In this document: one piece after another, positions 35,810 to 45,575 of the stretch
Layout: every line of letters starts with the position of its first letter
Position numbering within the stretch: the first letter of the stretch is position 1
From: an uncultured Gemmatimonadaceae bacterium
Lineage (GTDB): Bacteria > Gemmatimonadota > Gemmatimonadetes > Longimicrobiales > Gaopeijiaceae
NCBI GenBank assembly: GCA_964546115.1
Contig: CAZJIM010000002.1
Coordinates: 1,742 to 65,741 of the forward strand
Direction of reading: 5' to 3'
DNA: 64,000 nucleotides
Position numbers and translations under genes: made by a program
Notes under the pieces: generated by a model
Database searches by the model: none
Seen by the model: the letters and a program-made list of their open reading frames with translations, nothing else
What the model was told of the DNA's origin: nothing

Positions 35810-36777
35810 ACCCAACGGTTTCGGCTTTCGGGAAGGATCTGGTCGGGCTTGAAGACCTGTCGGCCAACCAGATTCTATCGATCTTGGATACGGCCGAGCC
35901 GTTCAAGGAAATATCCGAACGAAGAATCAGGAAAGTTCCAGTGCTTCGAGGGAAGACGATCGTGAATCTGTTCATGGAGCCGTCAACCCGCACCCGAATT
36001 TCCTTCGAATTCGCCGAAAAGCGTCTCAGTGCCGACACAGTCAACATCACGGCGTCAGGATCCTCGGTGGTAAAAGGGGAGACCCTCGTGGATACGGCGC
36101 GGAACCTCGAAGCAATGCGGATCGACATGGTGGTGATCCGGCATGGCTCGTCTGGCGCTGCTCGGTTTTTGGCGGAACGTATCCCTTCGAACGTTATCAA
36201 TGCGGGCGATGGGGCCCACGAGCACCCCACCCAGGCTCTTCTCGATCTTCTCACCATTCGAGATCACTTGGGGGAGATCAATGGGCTGAAGGTATGTATT
36301 GTGGGGGACATTCTTCACTCGAGGGTGGCGCGCTCGAACATCTTCGGTCTTCTCAAGCTGGGAGCGGAAGTGGCAGTGTGCGGGCCGATGACCCTCCTCC
36401 CGTCCGGGATTGACGCACTCGGCGTGCGTGTCTTCAGACGAGTCGAGGAGGCGATCGAATGGGCGGAGGTTCTGAACATCCTCCGACTTCAAGTCGAGCG
36501 GATGAAAGCCGGCTTCGTTCCCTCTCTCAGGGAGTACAACCGGTTCTACGGGATCTCGACTCAGCGACTGGAGCGTGTGGATCGAGAGTTCCTGATCCTT
36601 CACCCTGGACCGATGAACCGCGGGGTAGAGATTGACTCTGATGTGGCGGACGGGCCGCATTCCGTCATTCTGGAACAAGTGACGAATGGCGTGGCAACCA
36701 GGATGGCTGTTCTCTATCTCCTTGCGGGTGGAGCGCCAGAAAAGGCCGAGGCTGCGAAGGAGGAAGGGGTAGGATGA
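35806..36777 (+). CDS. pyrB: Aspartate carbamoyltransferase catalytic subunit
   Basis: 323 aa. Motifs are [22 protein letters not shown] and HPGPMNRG. Confidence 0.95.
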   Translation: MNPTVSAFGKDLVGLEDLSANQILSILDTAEPFKEISERRIRKVPVLRGKTIVNLFMEPSTRTRISFEFAEKRLSADTVNITASGSSVVKGETLVDTARNLEAMRIDMVVIRHGSSGAARFLAERIPSNVINAGDGAHEHPTQALLDLLTIRDHLGEINGLKVCIVGDILHSRVARSNIFGLLKLGAEVAVCGPMTLLPSGIDALGVRVFRRVEEAIEWAEVLNILRLQVERMKAGFVPSLREYNRFYGISTQRLERVDREFLILHPGPMNRGVEIDSDVADGPHSVILEQVTNGVATRMAVLYLLAGGAPEKAEAAKEEGVG

Positions 36778-38090
36778 ATACACAGCCAATCCTGTTTAGA
36801 GGGGCGCGAGTGGTGGACCCCAGCCAGAGGATCGATAAGGTGTTTGACCTCCTCCTCGCAGAGGGGAAGGTTGTCCGCGTTGGGTCTGATCTTGAGGGGC
36901 CTGAGGACGCGAGGATCGAATCGTGTGGGGGGCTGATTCTCACCCCGGGCCTCATTGATGTTCACGTGCATCTGAGAGAACCCGGGGGAGAGCACAAGGA
37001 GACGATCGAGACGGGAGCGCGTGCGGCCGCGGCAGGAGGTTTTACCTCAATCTGTGCGATGCCTAATACGGACCCGGTGATTGATTCGCCCGCGATGGTT
37101 GGATTTGTGGAGGCAGCGGGACGGGCTGCTCGACTTTCCAGGGTCTATCCAGTCGGAGCCATCTCTATCGGGCAGAAGGGCGAACGACTGACCGCGATCG
37201 GGGAGTTGGTCGAAGCGGGAGCAGTCGCGATAAGCGACGATGGCCAGCCGGTGATGGACTCCGGCCTGCTACGGATGGCACTCGAATATTCGCAGGCGTT
37301 CGAGATTCCTGTGGCCGACCACCCGGAAGACATCGGGCTTTCCCGGAACGGAGTGATGAACGAGGGGCTGGTCTCAGCTCGTTTGGGCCTGCAAGGGAAG
37401 CCGAATGCCTCCGAGGACGTCCACATTGCGAGAGACCTCCTGGTGGCGGAACTCACGGGGGGCCACATCCATCTCCAGCACGTCTCCACCTGTCTGGGCG
37501 TGGACCTGATCCGTAGAGCGAAAGCGCGGGGAGTCCGAGTCACTGCGGAGGCCACACCCCATCATCTTCTACTCACTGACGACGCCGTTGACGGGTACCA
37601 AACCCAGGCGAAGATGAATCCTCCGTTGCGGACTGAGGCGGATCGCGAAGCAGTAGAGCAGGGGTTCCTGGATGGTACGTTGGACACACTGGCAACGGAT
37701 CATGCGCCCCATCACTACGACGAGAAGGAGCAGGCCTTCGACGACGCCCCCTTCGGGGTCGTGGGTCTGGAAACCGCTCTGGGTCTCATGCTGACCCAGT
37801 TCGTCGAAGGAGGGAAGATGGACCTCCCAACCTTGGTGGAGCGCATGAGCTTGCAGCCAGCACGAGCGTTCCGGCTCCCGGGGGGCACCCTGAAGGAAGG
37901 CTCTCCTGCCGATGTGACCCTGGTCGATCCTTTATTGGAGTGGACCGTTGATCCTACAGAATTCTGTTCTCGTGCGCGGAATACGCCCTTCGAGGGCGAG
38001 GTATTGCGGGGAAGAGCGATCCTAACGCTCGTGGACGGTCGCGTAATCCACGAAGCGGACCGATCCCAACCCCAGGTCAGTCGGCGCTGA
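36774..38090 (+). CDS. pyrC: Dihydroorotase
   Basis: 438 aa. Amidohydrolase metal motif [10 protein letters not shown]. Has TATDHAPH. ATGA overlap with pyrB. Confidence 0.9.
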   Translation: MNTQPILFRGARVVDPSQRIDKVFDLLLAEGKVVRVGSDLEGPEDARIESCGGLILTPGLIDVHVHLREPGGEHKETIETGARAAAAGGFTSICAMPNTDPVIDSPAMVGFVEAAGRAARLSRVYPVGAISIGQKGERLTAIGELVEAGAVAISDDGQPVMDSGLLRMALEYSQAFEIPVADHPEDIGLSRNGVMNEGLVSARLGLQGKPNASEDVHIARDLLVAELTGGHIHLQHVSTCLGVDLIRRAKARGVRVTAEATPHHLLLTDDAVDGYQTQAKMNPPLRTEADREAVEQGFLDGTLDTLATDHAPHHYDEKEQAFDDAPFGVVGLETALGLMLTQFVEGGKMDLPTLVERMSLQPARAFRLPGGTLKEGSPADVTLVDPLLEWTVDPTEFCSRARNTPFEGEVLRGRAILTLVDGRVIHEADRSQPQVSRR

Positions 38091-38337
38091 GTTGATTGAC
38101 TTGAGCCTGAAGCTGGCTCTTGATACGGGCCGCTCGGTTCGGATGAACGAGCCGCTTTCGACTGGCTTGGTCAAGTAGCGAGATGGCCTCCGAAAGCAGG
38201 GCACTAGCCGTTTCGGGGTTGTCTGCCTGACGTACCTTCTTCACAACCGTACGGATACGTGCTCGAGCGGTGCGATTTCTCGCAGCCCACTTCCGAGACA
38301 AGACCATCCGCTTTTTTGCGCTCTTGATGTTTGGCAT
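38077..38337 (-). CDS. rpsT: 30S ribosomal protein S20
   Basis: Start at ATG 38337 (MPNIKSAKKRMVLSRKWAARNR...). Basic 86-aa protein. The 3' end overlaps pyrC by 14 nt. Confidence 0.9.
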   Translation of the reverse strand: MPNIKSAKKRMVLSRKWAARNRTARARIRTVVKKVRQADNPETASALLSEAISLLDQASRKRLVHPNRAARIKSQLQAQVNQLSAD

Positions 38338-38559
38338 TTGAGCCTCAGGACCTCTCAACGTGCTTTACGAAGCGCGAAAAGATACACGCGGTGGCATGTG
38401 GGATCAACAGGGCCGAGAATAGGCAGGGGCAGTTCACCTCCCATCGTGGGGGTTCTTCGTCCGCACCGATCACGGGTCGGCGCCAGCCCCTTCGAGGGGA
38501 GGTGGATGGCCCCCTACAGTCGCAGCACCATCTGAGTCGGACGCACGTTCATCGTCAGA

Positions 38560-38835
38560 TCACTCCGAATAAAGAAATGAATCTGAGGCCTGGGCATCCC
38601 CGTCGAGAGCTTTCCTGGCAGGTCCCTCCCACTGGCACTCCGCGCACCAGCGCCACTCGAACGCAGAGTTGAATCGGACGAACCATCTCATCCTGATGGG
38701 CACAGTGGGGCGAAAACAGGCGGGACAATCTCGAACTGGACGGATGATCAGCAATCCAACGACCGTGATCAGAGCTAGGCGGAGGAAGACCAGAAAGAAA
38801 AGGATCGTAGCGACGGCAATCTCGAACTGGCTCAT
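38560..38835 (-). CDS. Small membrane-anchored zinc-ribbon protein (hypothetical)
   Basis: 91 aa from ATG 38835. One TM (IAVATILFFLVFLRLALITVVGLLII) is followed by CPAC...CAEC. No family was recognised. Confidence 0.4.
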   Translation of the reverse strand: MSQFEIAVATILFFLVFLRLALITVVGLLIIRPVRDCPACFRPTVPIRMRWFVRFNSAFEWRWCAECQWEGPARKALDGDAQASDSFLYSE

Positions 38836-38938
38836 GCCTATGCCTTCCAACTCTCTTCCATGGGGGAAAATAGTAGGAACAGGTCTGCCCGCCGTCTAGG
38901 GCGTGAGTTCGAGAGTAATCTACAGGCTGGTATGAGCA

Positions 38939-39622
38939 GTGCGGTTGGGGTACCTTGCTGAGCAAGATCCCATGCAATGGCTCCTCCTCCTACCTGTGCT
39001 TCTCTTCTCGATCGTGCTCCACGAAGTAGCGCACGCGTGGGTAGCGCGACGGGAGGGAGACGATACCGCGGAGCGATTGGGTCGCATCACGTTGAACCCC
39101 ATCCCTCATTTAGATCCGGTTGGATCGCTCCTCGTTCCGATCATCCTCTCCCTACTCCCAGGCGGATTCATCTTCGGGTGGGCTCGCCCCGTTCCCGTGA
39201 ACCGTGCGAATATCCGGACAGGAGTCTGGGGAGATATCCGGGTATCGCTGGCGGGGATTACGGTGAATCTTCTGCTTGCGGTGTGCTTTGCCGTGGTCAT
39301 GGTGCCTCTCGAAAGATTGGTCGAGCAAGGGAGTTCTTTAGCCGGGGCCTTACTCCTTGTCGGTTACTACGGGGTGTTCATCAACCTTCTTCTAGCGGTG
39401 TTCAATCTCGTTCCCGTTCCGCCGCTGGATGGCTCGCACGTTCTGTATCACATGCTGCCCCAAGGGCTTCGATCCCCATACAGGGCCATCGCACCCTACG
39501 GTGTTGTCGTACTCTTGTTGGTGATGATCTTCGTTCCCGAGGGCTTCTCTCTGGTCCTGCAGCCCGTGAATTTTCTGCTCGGCCTCCTCTTCTCCATCTT
39601 CGGGTTGTCAGGGCCGATTTAG
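38939..39622 (+). CDS. Site-2 protease family (M50) zinc metalloprotease
   Basis: 227 aa. HExxH (LHEVAHAW) and NLVPVPPLDGSHVL motifs in a polytopic protein. The start is GTG 38939 or ATG 38972. Confidence 0.8.
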   Translation: MRLGYLAEQDPMQWLLLLPVLLFSIVLHEVAHAWVARREGDDTAERLGRITLNPIPHLDPVGSLLVPIILSLLPGGFIFGWARPVPVNRANIRTGVWGDIRVSLAGITVNLLLAVCFAVVMVPLERLVEQGSSLAGALLLVGYYGVFINLLLAVFNLVPVPPLDGSHVLYHMLPQGLRSPYRAIAPYGVVVLLLVMIFVPEGFSLVLQPVNFLLGLLFSIFGLSGPI

Positions 39623-39628
39623 GAGCGC

Positions 39629-40435
39629 TTGATGGCTATCCAGACCCATCGAGAGGATGGTCCCTTTGTCGTGGAGATCGAGAGGTTCCATGGCCCTCTG
39701 GACCTGTTGCTTCACCTGATCCGGCAACAGGACATAGATGTTCTGGACATTCCAATAGCTCGAATCACGCGTCAGTTTCTGGCGGCGGTGGAGGGGGTTC
39801 AGGCGCTGGACCTTGATTCGGCCGGTGAATTTCTCGAGATGGCGGCCACGCTCATCAGGATCAAGGCGCAGTTGCTTCTCCCAACACCCGTTGACGAAAG
39901 TGAGGAGGATCCCAGGGCAGAACTCGTCCGACGGCTACTGGAATACGAACAGATAAGGGAGATTAGCCAATGCCTGCAACGCACTGAAGCTGATCGGGCG
40001 AGGAGGTTCAAGAAGGGCTTCATTCCGCTTCGACCGAGCACGATGGTGGAAGATCTGCCCCTAGAAGTGGTCTGGGAGGATGTGTTCTCAGCGGCTTGTG
40101 AGGTGAGGCCGTCCAACCAGAGGGGATTGGAGCATCGAGTGACCACGAGAACCATCTCGATCGATGAAAAGGTGGAACTGATACTGGCTGCGCTCGAGGG
40201 AGTGACGAGCATCGAATTCCGACGGCTTGTTCAGCCATTCTACGAGAGGATGCACGGGGTGATGACCTTGCTTGCTGGACTGGAGTTGACGCGACGGCGA
40301 GAGGTCAAACTGCGCCAAAGCCGTCCTTTCCACGAGCTATGGGTGTACCGCAGGGAGGGGAAGGGGAAAGCGGCGGAGGAGCCTCACGTCCACCCCTCCG
40401 AAGGCGGAACTGGGGCTCCCAAGGTTCCGGCATGA
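39629..40435 (+). CDS. scpA: Segregation and condensation protein A
   Basis: 268 aa. Has FHGPLDLLLHLIRQQDIDVLDIPIARIT and EFLEMAATLIRIKA. Confidence 0.9.
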   Translation: MMAIQTHREDGPFVVEIERFHGPLDLLLHLIRQQDIDVLDIPIARITRQFLAAVEGVQALDLDSAGEFLEMAATLIRIKAQLLLPTPVDESEEDPRAELVRRLLEYEQIREISQCLQRTEADRARRFKKGFIPLRPSTMVEDLPLEVVWEDVFSAACEVRPSNQRGLEHRVTTRTISIDEKVELILAALEGVTSIEFRRLVQPFYERMHGVMTLLAGLELTRRREVKLRQSRPFHELWVYRREGKGKAAEEPHVHPSEGGTGAPKVPA

Positions 40436-41055
40436 AGCCGTCGCAGATTGTAGAGGCAGTCCTGTTTGCGAGCGATGCCCCCCTCAGAGCGGAGGAGATC
40501 GCGAGGGCGGATGAATCATTGGATGAGGATGAAATCGAGGGAGCGGTCCGACAGCTACAGGCCGACTACTTAGAGAGTGATCGGGCTTTTGATGTGGTCG
40601 AGGTTGCCGAAGGATATCAAATTCTGACCCGTACAGAATACGCTCCCTATCTTGATCGATTCGACACTGTTCCCAGGCCCTCTCGCCTGTCTGGTCCGGC
40701 ACTGGAGACACTGGCGATTATCGCCTACCGTCAGCCAATTGGACGCCTGGAGATCGAATATGTGCGCGGTGTGGGATCGACTGCCGTTATTCGCACGCTT
40801 CAGGACCGTGGGCTCGTTGAGGTAGTTGGACGGGGCGAGGGGATCGGGCGTCCTCTTCTCTATGGGGTGACTCTTCTGTTCCTAGAGCACTTCGGGTTCC
40901 AATCGATTGAAGACCTGCCTCGGCCCGAGGAGTTGCCGGTGATACTTCGGGACCCGTCGGTGGCTATTCTGCCCGCTGAACGGGAGTCCCGGCCGGTTGG
41001 TGCCGAGGACCAGCCGGGAGATAGCGAACCGGAGTCAGGCTCAGTAGGGGAATGA
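40432..41055 (+). CDS. scpB: Segregation and condensation protein B
   Basis: ATG 40432 overlaps the scpA stop (ATGA). Has IVEAVLFASDAPL and LETLAIIAYRQPI...IEYVRGV. Confidence 0.9.
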   Translation: MKPSQIVEAVLFASDAPLRAEEIARADESLDEDEIEGAVRQLQADYLESDRAFDVVEVAEGYQILTRTEYAPYLDRFDTVPRPSRLSGPALETLAIIAYRQPIGRLEIEYVRGVGSTAVIRTLQDRGLVEVVGRGEGIGRPLLYGVTLLFLEHFGFQSIEDLPRPEELPVILRDPSVAILPAERESRPVGAEDQPGDSEPESGSVGE

Positions 41056-41837
41056 ACCGGGAAGAGATGCGCCTTCAGAAGTTCCTCTCGCGTGCTGGTG
41101 TTGCGTCCAGGAGGGAAGCCGAGAAGCTCATGGTTCAGGGGCGAGTGCGCGTAAACGGAGAGGTCGTTGCCGAACTCGGCTCTCGAGTGGATCCTTTCTC
41201 GGATCGAATTGAGGTGGATAGAAGGCTCGTCCTTCTCGAACCTCCTCGGTGGATCATGTTGAACAAACCACGCGGCGTGCTGACGAGCCGAAAGGATCCG
41301 GCTAATCGGCGCACGGTCTACTCCCTTCTCGCTCCTGCCGACAGGAACCTACGCTATGTGGGCCGGCTCGATCGGGATACCGAAGGGCTTCTCCTCTTCA
41401 CCAACGAGGGGGACCTTCAACACGCCCTTCTACATCCATCGACAGGCATTCCGAGACAGTACCATGCGACTGTCGAGGGGATTCCCAACGCGAAGGCATT
41501 GCGGGCCCTAGAGAGGGGCGTCGATCTGGAGGATGGACCTGCTCAGGCCGAGCAGGTCCACCTCATTGGAGCACGGGACGGTGTGGATGGGGTGGTAATT
41601 TCACTCGTTCTGCGGGAAGGGAGAAAGCGGGAAGTCCGGCGCCTTTTGACAGCGGTTGGTCACTCGGTCCGGCGACTGCGTCGAATCCGATTCGGGTCGG
41701 TCTCGCTCGAAGGAGTTTCGCCAGGGAAGTGGCGGGTGCTTCGTCCTGAAGAAATCAGGGCGCTACATCAGGCGGCCAGCTCTCCGCACCCCGCCACCCC
41801 TCATGACCGATTAACGGGACGAATCGGCATTCCATAA
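41052..41837 (+). CDS. rluB: Pseudouridine synthase, RsuA/RluB family
   Basis: 261 aa. S4 domain (MRLQKFLSRAGVASRREAEKL) and the catalytic GRLDRDTEGLLLFTN motif. Confidence 0.9.
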   Translation: MNREEMRLQKFLSRAGVASRREAEKLMVQGRVRVNGEVVAELGSRVDPFSDRIEVDRRLVLLEPPRWIMLNKPRGVLTSRKDPANRRTVYSLLAPADRNLRYVGRLDRDTEGLLLFTNEGDLQHALLHPSTGIPRQYHATVEGIPNAKALRALERGVDLEDGPAQAEQVHLIGARDGVDGVVISLVLREGRKREVRRLLTAVGHSVRRLRRIRFGSVSLEGVSPGKWRVLRPEEIRALHQAASSPHPATPHDRLTGRIGIP

Positions 41838-42519
41838 GTGTCTCTCGGGCCGAGATCGTGCCATCGGGGTTGAGAGTGACTCGCACTAGTTGCTGCTGGT
41901 CGTGGGGTCCGATTGGGATAACGAGGCAGCCTCTAGGCGCCAGTTGCTCTATGAGTGACGGCGGGATCTGGGGCGCTCCAGCGGTGACCAGAATTCCTTG
42001 GTAGGGGCTCCCTTCTTTCCACCCGAGGCTTCCGTCGCCTACTCGGATCCGTACATGTTTGAGACCTAGATCATCGAGGCGCTCCTTAGCCTCATTCGCC
42101 AGAACGGGGTCGCGTTCTACCGTCCACACCTCGGTTGCGATGTGAGCGAGCACTGCGGTCTGGTATCCGGTGCCCGTCCCGATCTCGAGTACCCGCGCTC
42201 CTTTTGGGATCTGCAGCGCCTGTGTCATTGCGGCAACCATATACGGTTGGGACAAAGTCTGACCCCGCCCGACAGGCCGAGCGCAGTCAGCGTAAGGATC
42301 CGTGATGGGTTGACACGTCGCGTGACGAATGAATCGCTCCCGGGGGATGTTCCCCATGGCCAGGAGAACTCGAGAGTCCCTGATGCCTCGGTGTTCCAGC
42401 TGGTTCCACACCATGCGGGCACGCGCCTTGGAAAACGGTTCGATCACGCTGGACTCTCCGAGTTCACCTTGTTGGCCACTGGGGGTGGCTAATGGCTTGA
42501 ACCACCCGTTCAGAGCCAA
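41755..42519 (-). CDS. pcm: Protein-L-isoaspartate O-methyltransferase
   Basis: Has VLEIGTGTGYQTAVLA and ILVTAGAPQIPPSLIEQLAPRGCLVIPIG. An alternative start is ATG 42414. The 3' end overlaps rluB by 83 nt. Confidence 0.9.
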   Translation of the reverse strand: MALNGWFKPLATPSGQQGELGESSVIEPFSKARARMVWNQLEHRGIRDSRVLLAMGNIPRERFIRHATCQPITDPYADCARPVGRGQTLSQPYMVAAMTQALQIPKGARVLEIGTGTGYQTAVLAHIATEVWTVERDPVLANEAKERLDDLGLKHVRIRVGDGSLGWKEGSPYQGILVTAGAPQIPPSLIEQLAPRGCLVIPIGPHDQQQLVRVTLNPDGTISARETLMECRFVPLIGHEGWRGAESWPPDVAP

Positions 42520-42878
42520 ACTACCCCTGGCTCATCGTCGTCGTTTCCTGGCCGTCCCATTCCGCCTTCAGTGGCGGGGTTCTGGCGAGTCGCAGCTGTG
42601 GAACCCGAACTATTTTGCGGGGGACAGGAGCAGCGCCCATCACAGAAATTCGAAAAAAGCACCCATGCTGAACTACGAAGAACTCGTGGGACTTTACCGT
42701 GAGCGCCGCATTGGAACTGGTGCCATGGCGCCTGTAGTGGGACCCGCTGTACTCGTTAAGAGCTCTTTGACCAGGACTGTCGGAGAGAGGGAGCGACCGG
42801 CAGAGCGATGTGCAGGGGTGGCAGAGCTTGAGCGGTGCCCCTAGCTTTTCGCGAGGCCCACGATATGTAGGCCCCATC

Positions 42879-42952
42879 GGTCCCGTAGCTCAGCTGGTTA
42901 GAGCGCCCGACTCATAATCGGATGGTCCTGGGTTCGAGTCCCAGCGGGACCA
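42879..42952 (+). tRNA. tRNA with CAU anticodon (elongator Met, or Ile2 if lysidine-modified)
   Basis: The 74 nt fold by hand into a cloverleaf. Acceptor GGTCCCG/CGGGACC, D arm GCTC-AGCTGGTTA-GAGC, anticodon arm CCCGA-CTCATAA-TCGGA, T arm CTGGG-TTCGAGT-CCCAG, discriminator A. G1-C72 are paired, so it is not an initiator. CCA is not encoded. Confidence 0.9.
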
Positions 42953-43281
42953 CTTTGTAAGAGGTCAGACTTCGGGCTGGCCCACTATCCGTCGCAGATT
43001 CTCTTGAGAGTCGCACACAAGAAATCGCGAGATCAGTTTGGTGACAGCGCGCCAGAACCGGCGTCTGTGTACGTTGGGGGGGTTGGGCTTCCCAACGATT
43101 TCCGGCTAGGCTTCACGGCTGATTGAAAATCCCGAGCTCCTCCGACTCCGGGTGGGGCTACCCCTGACCAAGATGTAAGCAACTGTGCGGCAAGACTCCC
43201 ACTTGATCAGTATGAACTCAGATCAGGATGGATCTGGGGCCACGGGCCCTAATTTCTTGATGTATGATTTCCCAGTGAGGG

Positions 43282-44616
43282 TTAGCTGCCTCGCAGGAGT
43301 TCCCTCAAGCCCTCGGGGTCGGGGCCTAGTCGGACCGTGTCTGGAGAGATGCTCGACTCCTCGCCGCCGCTTTTCGCCCAGTCCTCGCGTGGGGGAGGAG
43401 GCTGGCCCGTGGCCCGTCGGACGGTGTCTGGGAATTTTGCAGGATCAGCCGTCGCGAGTATCATTCCTGGGGTCTTCGGTTGATCTTTTCGATACCATTC
43501 GAGCCCCAGGTATCCTACGGCGCTATGAGGGTCCAGAAGATAGCCGGACTCATGACGCACCCGTGCCATCACCTCGAGCACCTCTTTGTCGATGTGCCGC
43601 GTCGGCGAGATCCACCGTTGGAGTGCGTCGACATCTCCCTCGAAGATGGCAATCAGGCGTTCGAGGTTGCTCGGACGGGCTACGTCCATCGCGCTTGCCA
43701 CCGTCTTCAGTGAAGGGCCACTCGGAAGCGTACCCGCCTCGAGAAATCGCGTCATCGCTGCATTCGCATTACTGGCTGCGATAAAGTTACCCAAGGGGAT
43801 TCCCATCCGCCGAGCGATCACCCCCGCTGTTAGGTTGCCGAGGTTCCCTGTCGGAACGCTGACCGCCGGGTCCTTGCGTGCCTCTGTCGGGAGCGAGTTC
43901 CATCCCTGTGCGTAATAGAAGGTCTGAGGGAGAAGGCGGCCGATATTGACGGAGTTCGCCGAAGTCAGGATTGCGCGGATCCCTGGTCCTGGCTCTGCTA
44001 GTACCTCCCTCACCATGCGCTGACAATCGTCAAAGGTGCCGTCCACCTCGACCGGGATGACGCCCTCGTGGTCTGAGCGGTTTCCAGCAGCGGGCTCCTC
44101 GATCTGTCGGAGTTGAACTGGACTCAGCCAGTCTCTAGGGAAAAGGACCATTGCCTTCACCCCCTCCAAACCACGAACCGCGTGCGCGACCGCTCCGCCC
44201 GTATCTCCCGAAGTCGCGACGAGGATGATGACTGGATCTTCGTCCGAGTCCCGGAGCACCGAAAGCAAGCAAGCGAGAAAGCGTGCACCAAAGTCCTTGA
44301 ACGATCCCGTCGGCCCATGGAAGAGTTCCAAGATCCAGGTGTTTCCATCGATAGGGACGAGGGGAGCCGGGAAATCAAACGCTGTCGTTACGATGCGCTG
44401 AACGGTCTCCCTGCCCACGCCCGGTCCGAACAGACGGAGTGCCAGTCGCTCAGCGAGGACTGGGAAGGGAACCCCCTTGAGGACCTCTAGGTCATCAGCG
44501 GAGAGTCGGGGAAGGGAGATGGGTAGGTATAGTCCCCCGTCTGGCGAGGGGTCTTCCAAAACAGCCTGACGTAGGCTTACCTCGTGATGGGGCGGTCGGG
44601 TAGAGATCAGCCTCAC
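43282..44616 (-). CDS. thrC: Threonine synthase
   Basis: 444 aa. PLP lysine motif HGPTGSFKDFGARF. The start overlaps the thrB stop by 4 nt. Confidence 0.95.
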   Translation of the reverse strand: MRLISTRPPHHEVSLRQAVLEDPSPDGGLYLPISLPRLSADDLEVLKGVPFPVLAERLALRLFGPGVGRETVQRIVTTAFDFPAPLVPIDGNTWILELFHGPTGSFKDFGARFLACLLSVLRDSDEDPVIILVATSGDTGGAVAHAVRGLEGVKAMVLFPRDWLSPVQLRQIEEPAAGNRSDHEGVIPVEVDGTFDDCQRMVREVLAEPGPGIRAILTSANSVNIGRLLPQTFYYAQGWNSLPTEARKDPAVSVPTGNLGNLTAGVIARRMGIPLGNFIAASNANAAMTRFLEAGTLPSGPSLKTVASAMDVARPSNLERLIAIFEGDVDALQRWISPTRHIDKEVLEVMARVRHESGYLLDPHSAVGYLGLEWYRKDQPKTPGMILATADPAKFPDTVRRATGQPPPPREDWAKSGGEESSISPDTVRLGPDPEGLRELLRGS

Positions 44617-45575
44617 CAGACTCGGGCCTCGGTGGGAGAGATGACTCTGGCGCCGGCGAGGGCTACTGGCGAGCGATAGATCGTAGCATCAGGCTCAGCA
44701 TTGGCATTGTACGCCGAGAGCATTGCCTCTCCAACCCTTCGAGTGCTCTCAGCGTCGCGACAGAGAGAGAACAATGAGGGACCCGCACCGGAGATGCCGC
44801 ACGCGATAGCTCCCGTCGCGAGGGCCGCCCGACGCACAGTATCAAAAGCGGGAATGGAGGCACGGCGGTGCGGCTCGGCGATGCGGTCCTCCAAGGCGTC
44901 GGCGAGGAGTCCCCAGTCCTGTGCGTGTAGGGCATGAACGAAGGCCGCTGTGTTCCCCCACTGGGACACAGCCTCTCCCAGGGGCACCATCTCGCCGATC
45001 GCCCGCCTTCCCTCTCGAGTACTCAGCTCTACTGCTGGGTTGAGTAGTGCTACGGCTAGACCCTCGGGGACAGGAAGACGTACCACAGGCAAGGTCTTGG
45101 AGGGTCGGACTAGGAGAAGGCCACCAAGGAGCGCGGGCGCGACGTTGTCTAGGTGAGTACCCCCCGCAGCCACTTCTTCACCCGCAAGCGCGCAAGATAG
45201 GAGTTTCTCCTCAGACAGGTCGGTGGCAAGAAGCCTATCCGCCGCTACGACGGCGGCGACCGCGCTGGCGGCACTCCCTCCCATTCCCCCAGAGAGTGGG
45301 AGGCCTTTTTCCACGATGACCTCCATTCCCTCCGACCGATCCGCTTCCCTCAGCAGAGCTGAGATTCCTACTGTTGCGGAGTTCAATCCTGGGTCGGTCG
45401 GAAGTCGCCCACCATCTCCGAGAATCCTCGAAATCCTCAGGCCAGAATCGGGTGTGAGTCGTACGGTGACGCGGTCTCCCGGAGATTCGAGCGCAAGTCC
45501 GAAGACATCGAATCCACAGATGACGTTGCCGATCGTCGCGGGGGCGAAGGCCGTGACCGCCTGGTCAGGGCTCAT
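44613..45575 (-). CDS. thrB: Homoserine kinase
   Basis: 320 aa. GHMP kinase motif GLPLSGGMGGSAASAVAAV. Confidence 0.9.
   Translation of the reverse strand: MSPDQAVTAFAPATIGNVICGFDVFGLALESPGDRVTVRLTPDSGLRISRILGDGGRLPTDPGLNSATVGISALLREADRSEGMEVIVEKGLPLSGGMGGSAASAVAAVVAADRLLATDLSEEKLLSCALAGEEVAAGGTHLDNVAPALLGGLLLVRPSKTLPVVRLPVPEGLAVALLNPAVELSTREGRRAIGEMVPLGEAVSQWGNTAAFVHALHAQDWGLLADALEDRIAEPHRRASIPAFDTVRRAALATGAIACGISGAGPSLFSLCRDAESTRRVGEAMLSAYNANAEPDATIYRSPVALAGARVISPTEARVW

Noticed and set aside
36055-36789. 244-aa minus-strand ORF
   Set aside because: It is antisense to pyrB, which has unambiguous ATCase motifs.
38977-39816. 279-aa plus-strand ORF overlapping the M50 protease and the start of scpA
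   Set aside because: It is an alternative frame of real genes and is Arg/Ser/Gly-rich. The M50 frame carries the HExxH and LDG motifs.
42600-42850. Possible SRP (4.5S) RNA in the 359-bp gap upstream of the tRNA: UUUGACCAGGACUGUCGGAGAGAGGGAGCGACCGGCAGAGCG resembles the E. coli segment UUUACCAGGUCAGGUCCGGAAGGAAGCAGCCAAGGCAGAUG
   Set aside because: The flanking ACCAGG...GGCAGAG and some long-range pairing (GCUCU/AGAGC, CUGUAC/GUGCAG) fit. However, the universally conserved GNRA tetraloop closed by a short stem and the AGCA symmetric-loop motif are missing. I cannot support the call without an Infernal scan (RF00169).
42953-43281. tRNA 3' flank as a possible integration site for a mobile element
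   Set aside because: There is no integrase, no direct repeat of the tRNA 3' end, and no compositional shift. The flank runs directly into thrC.
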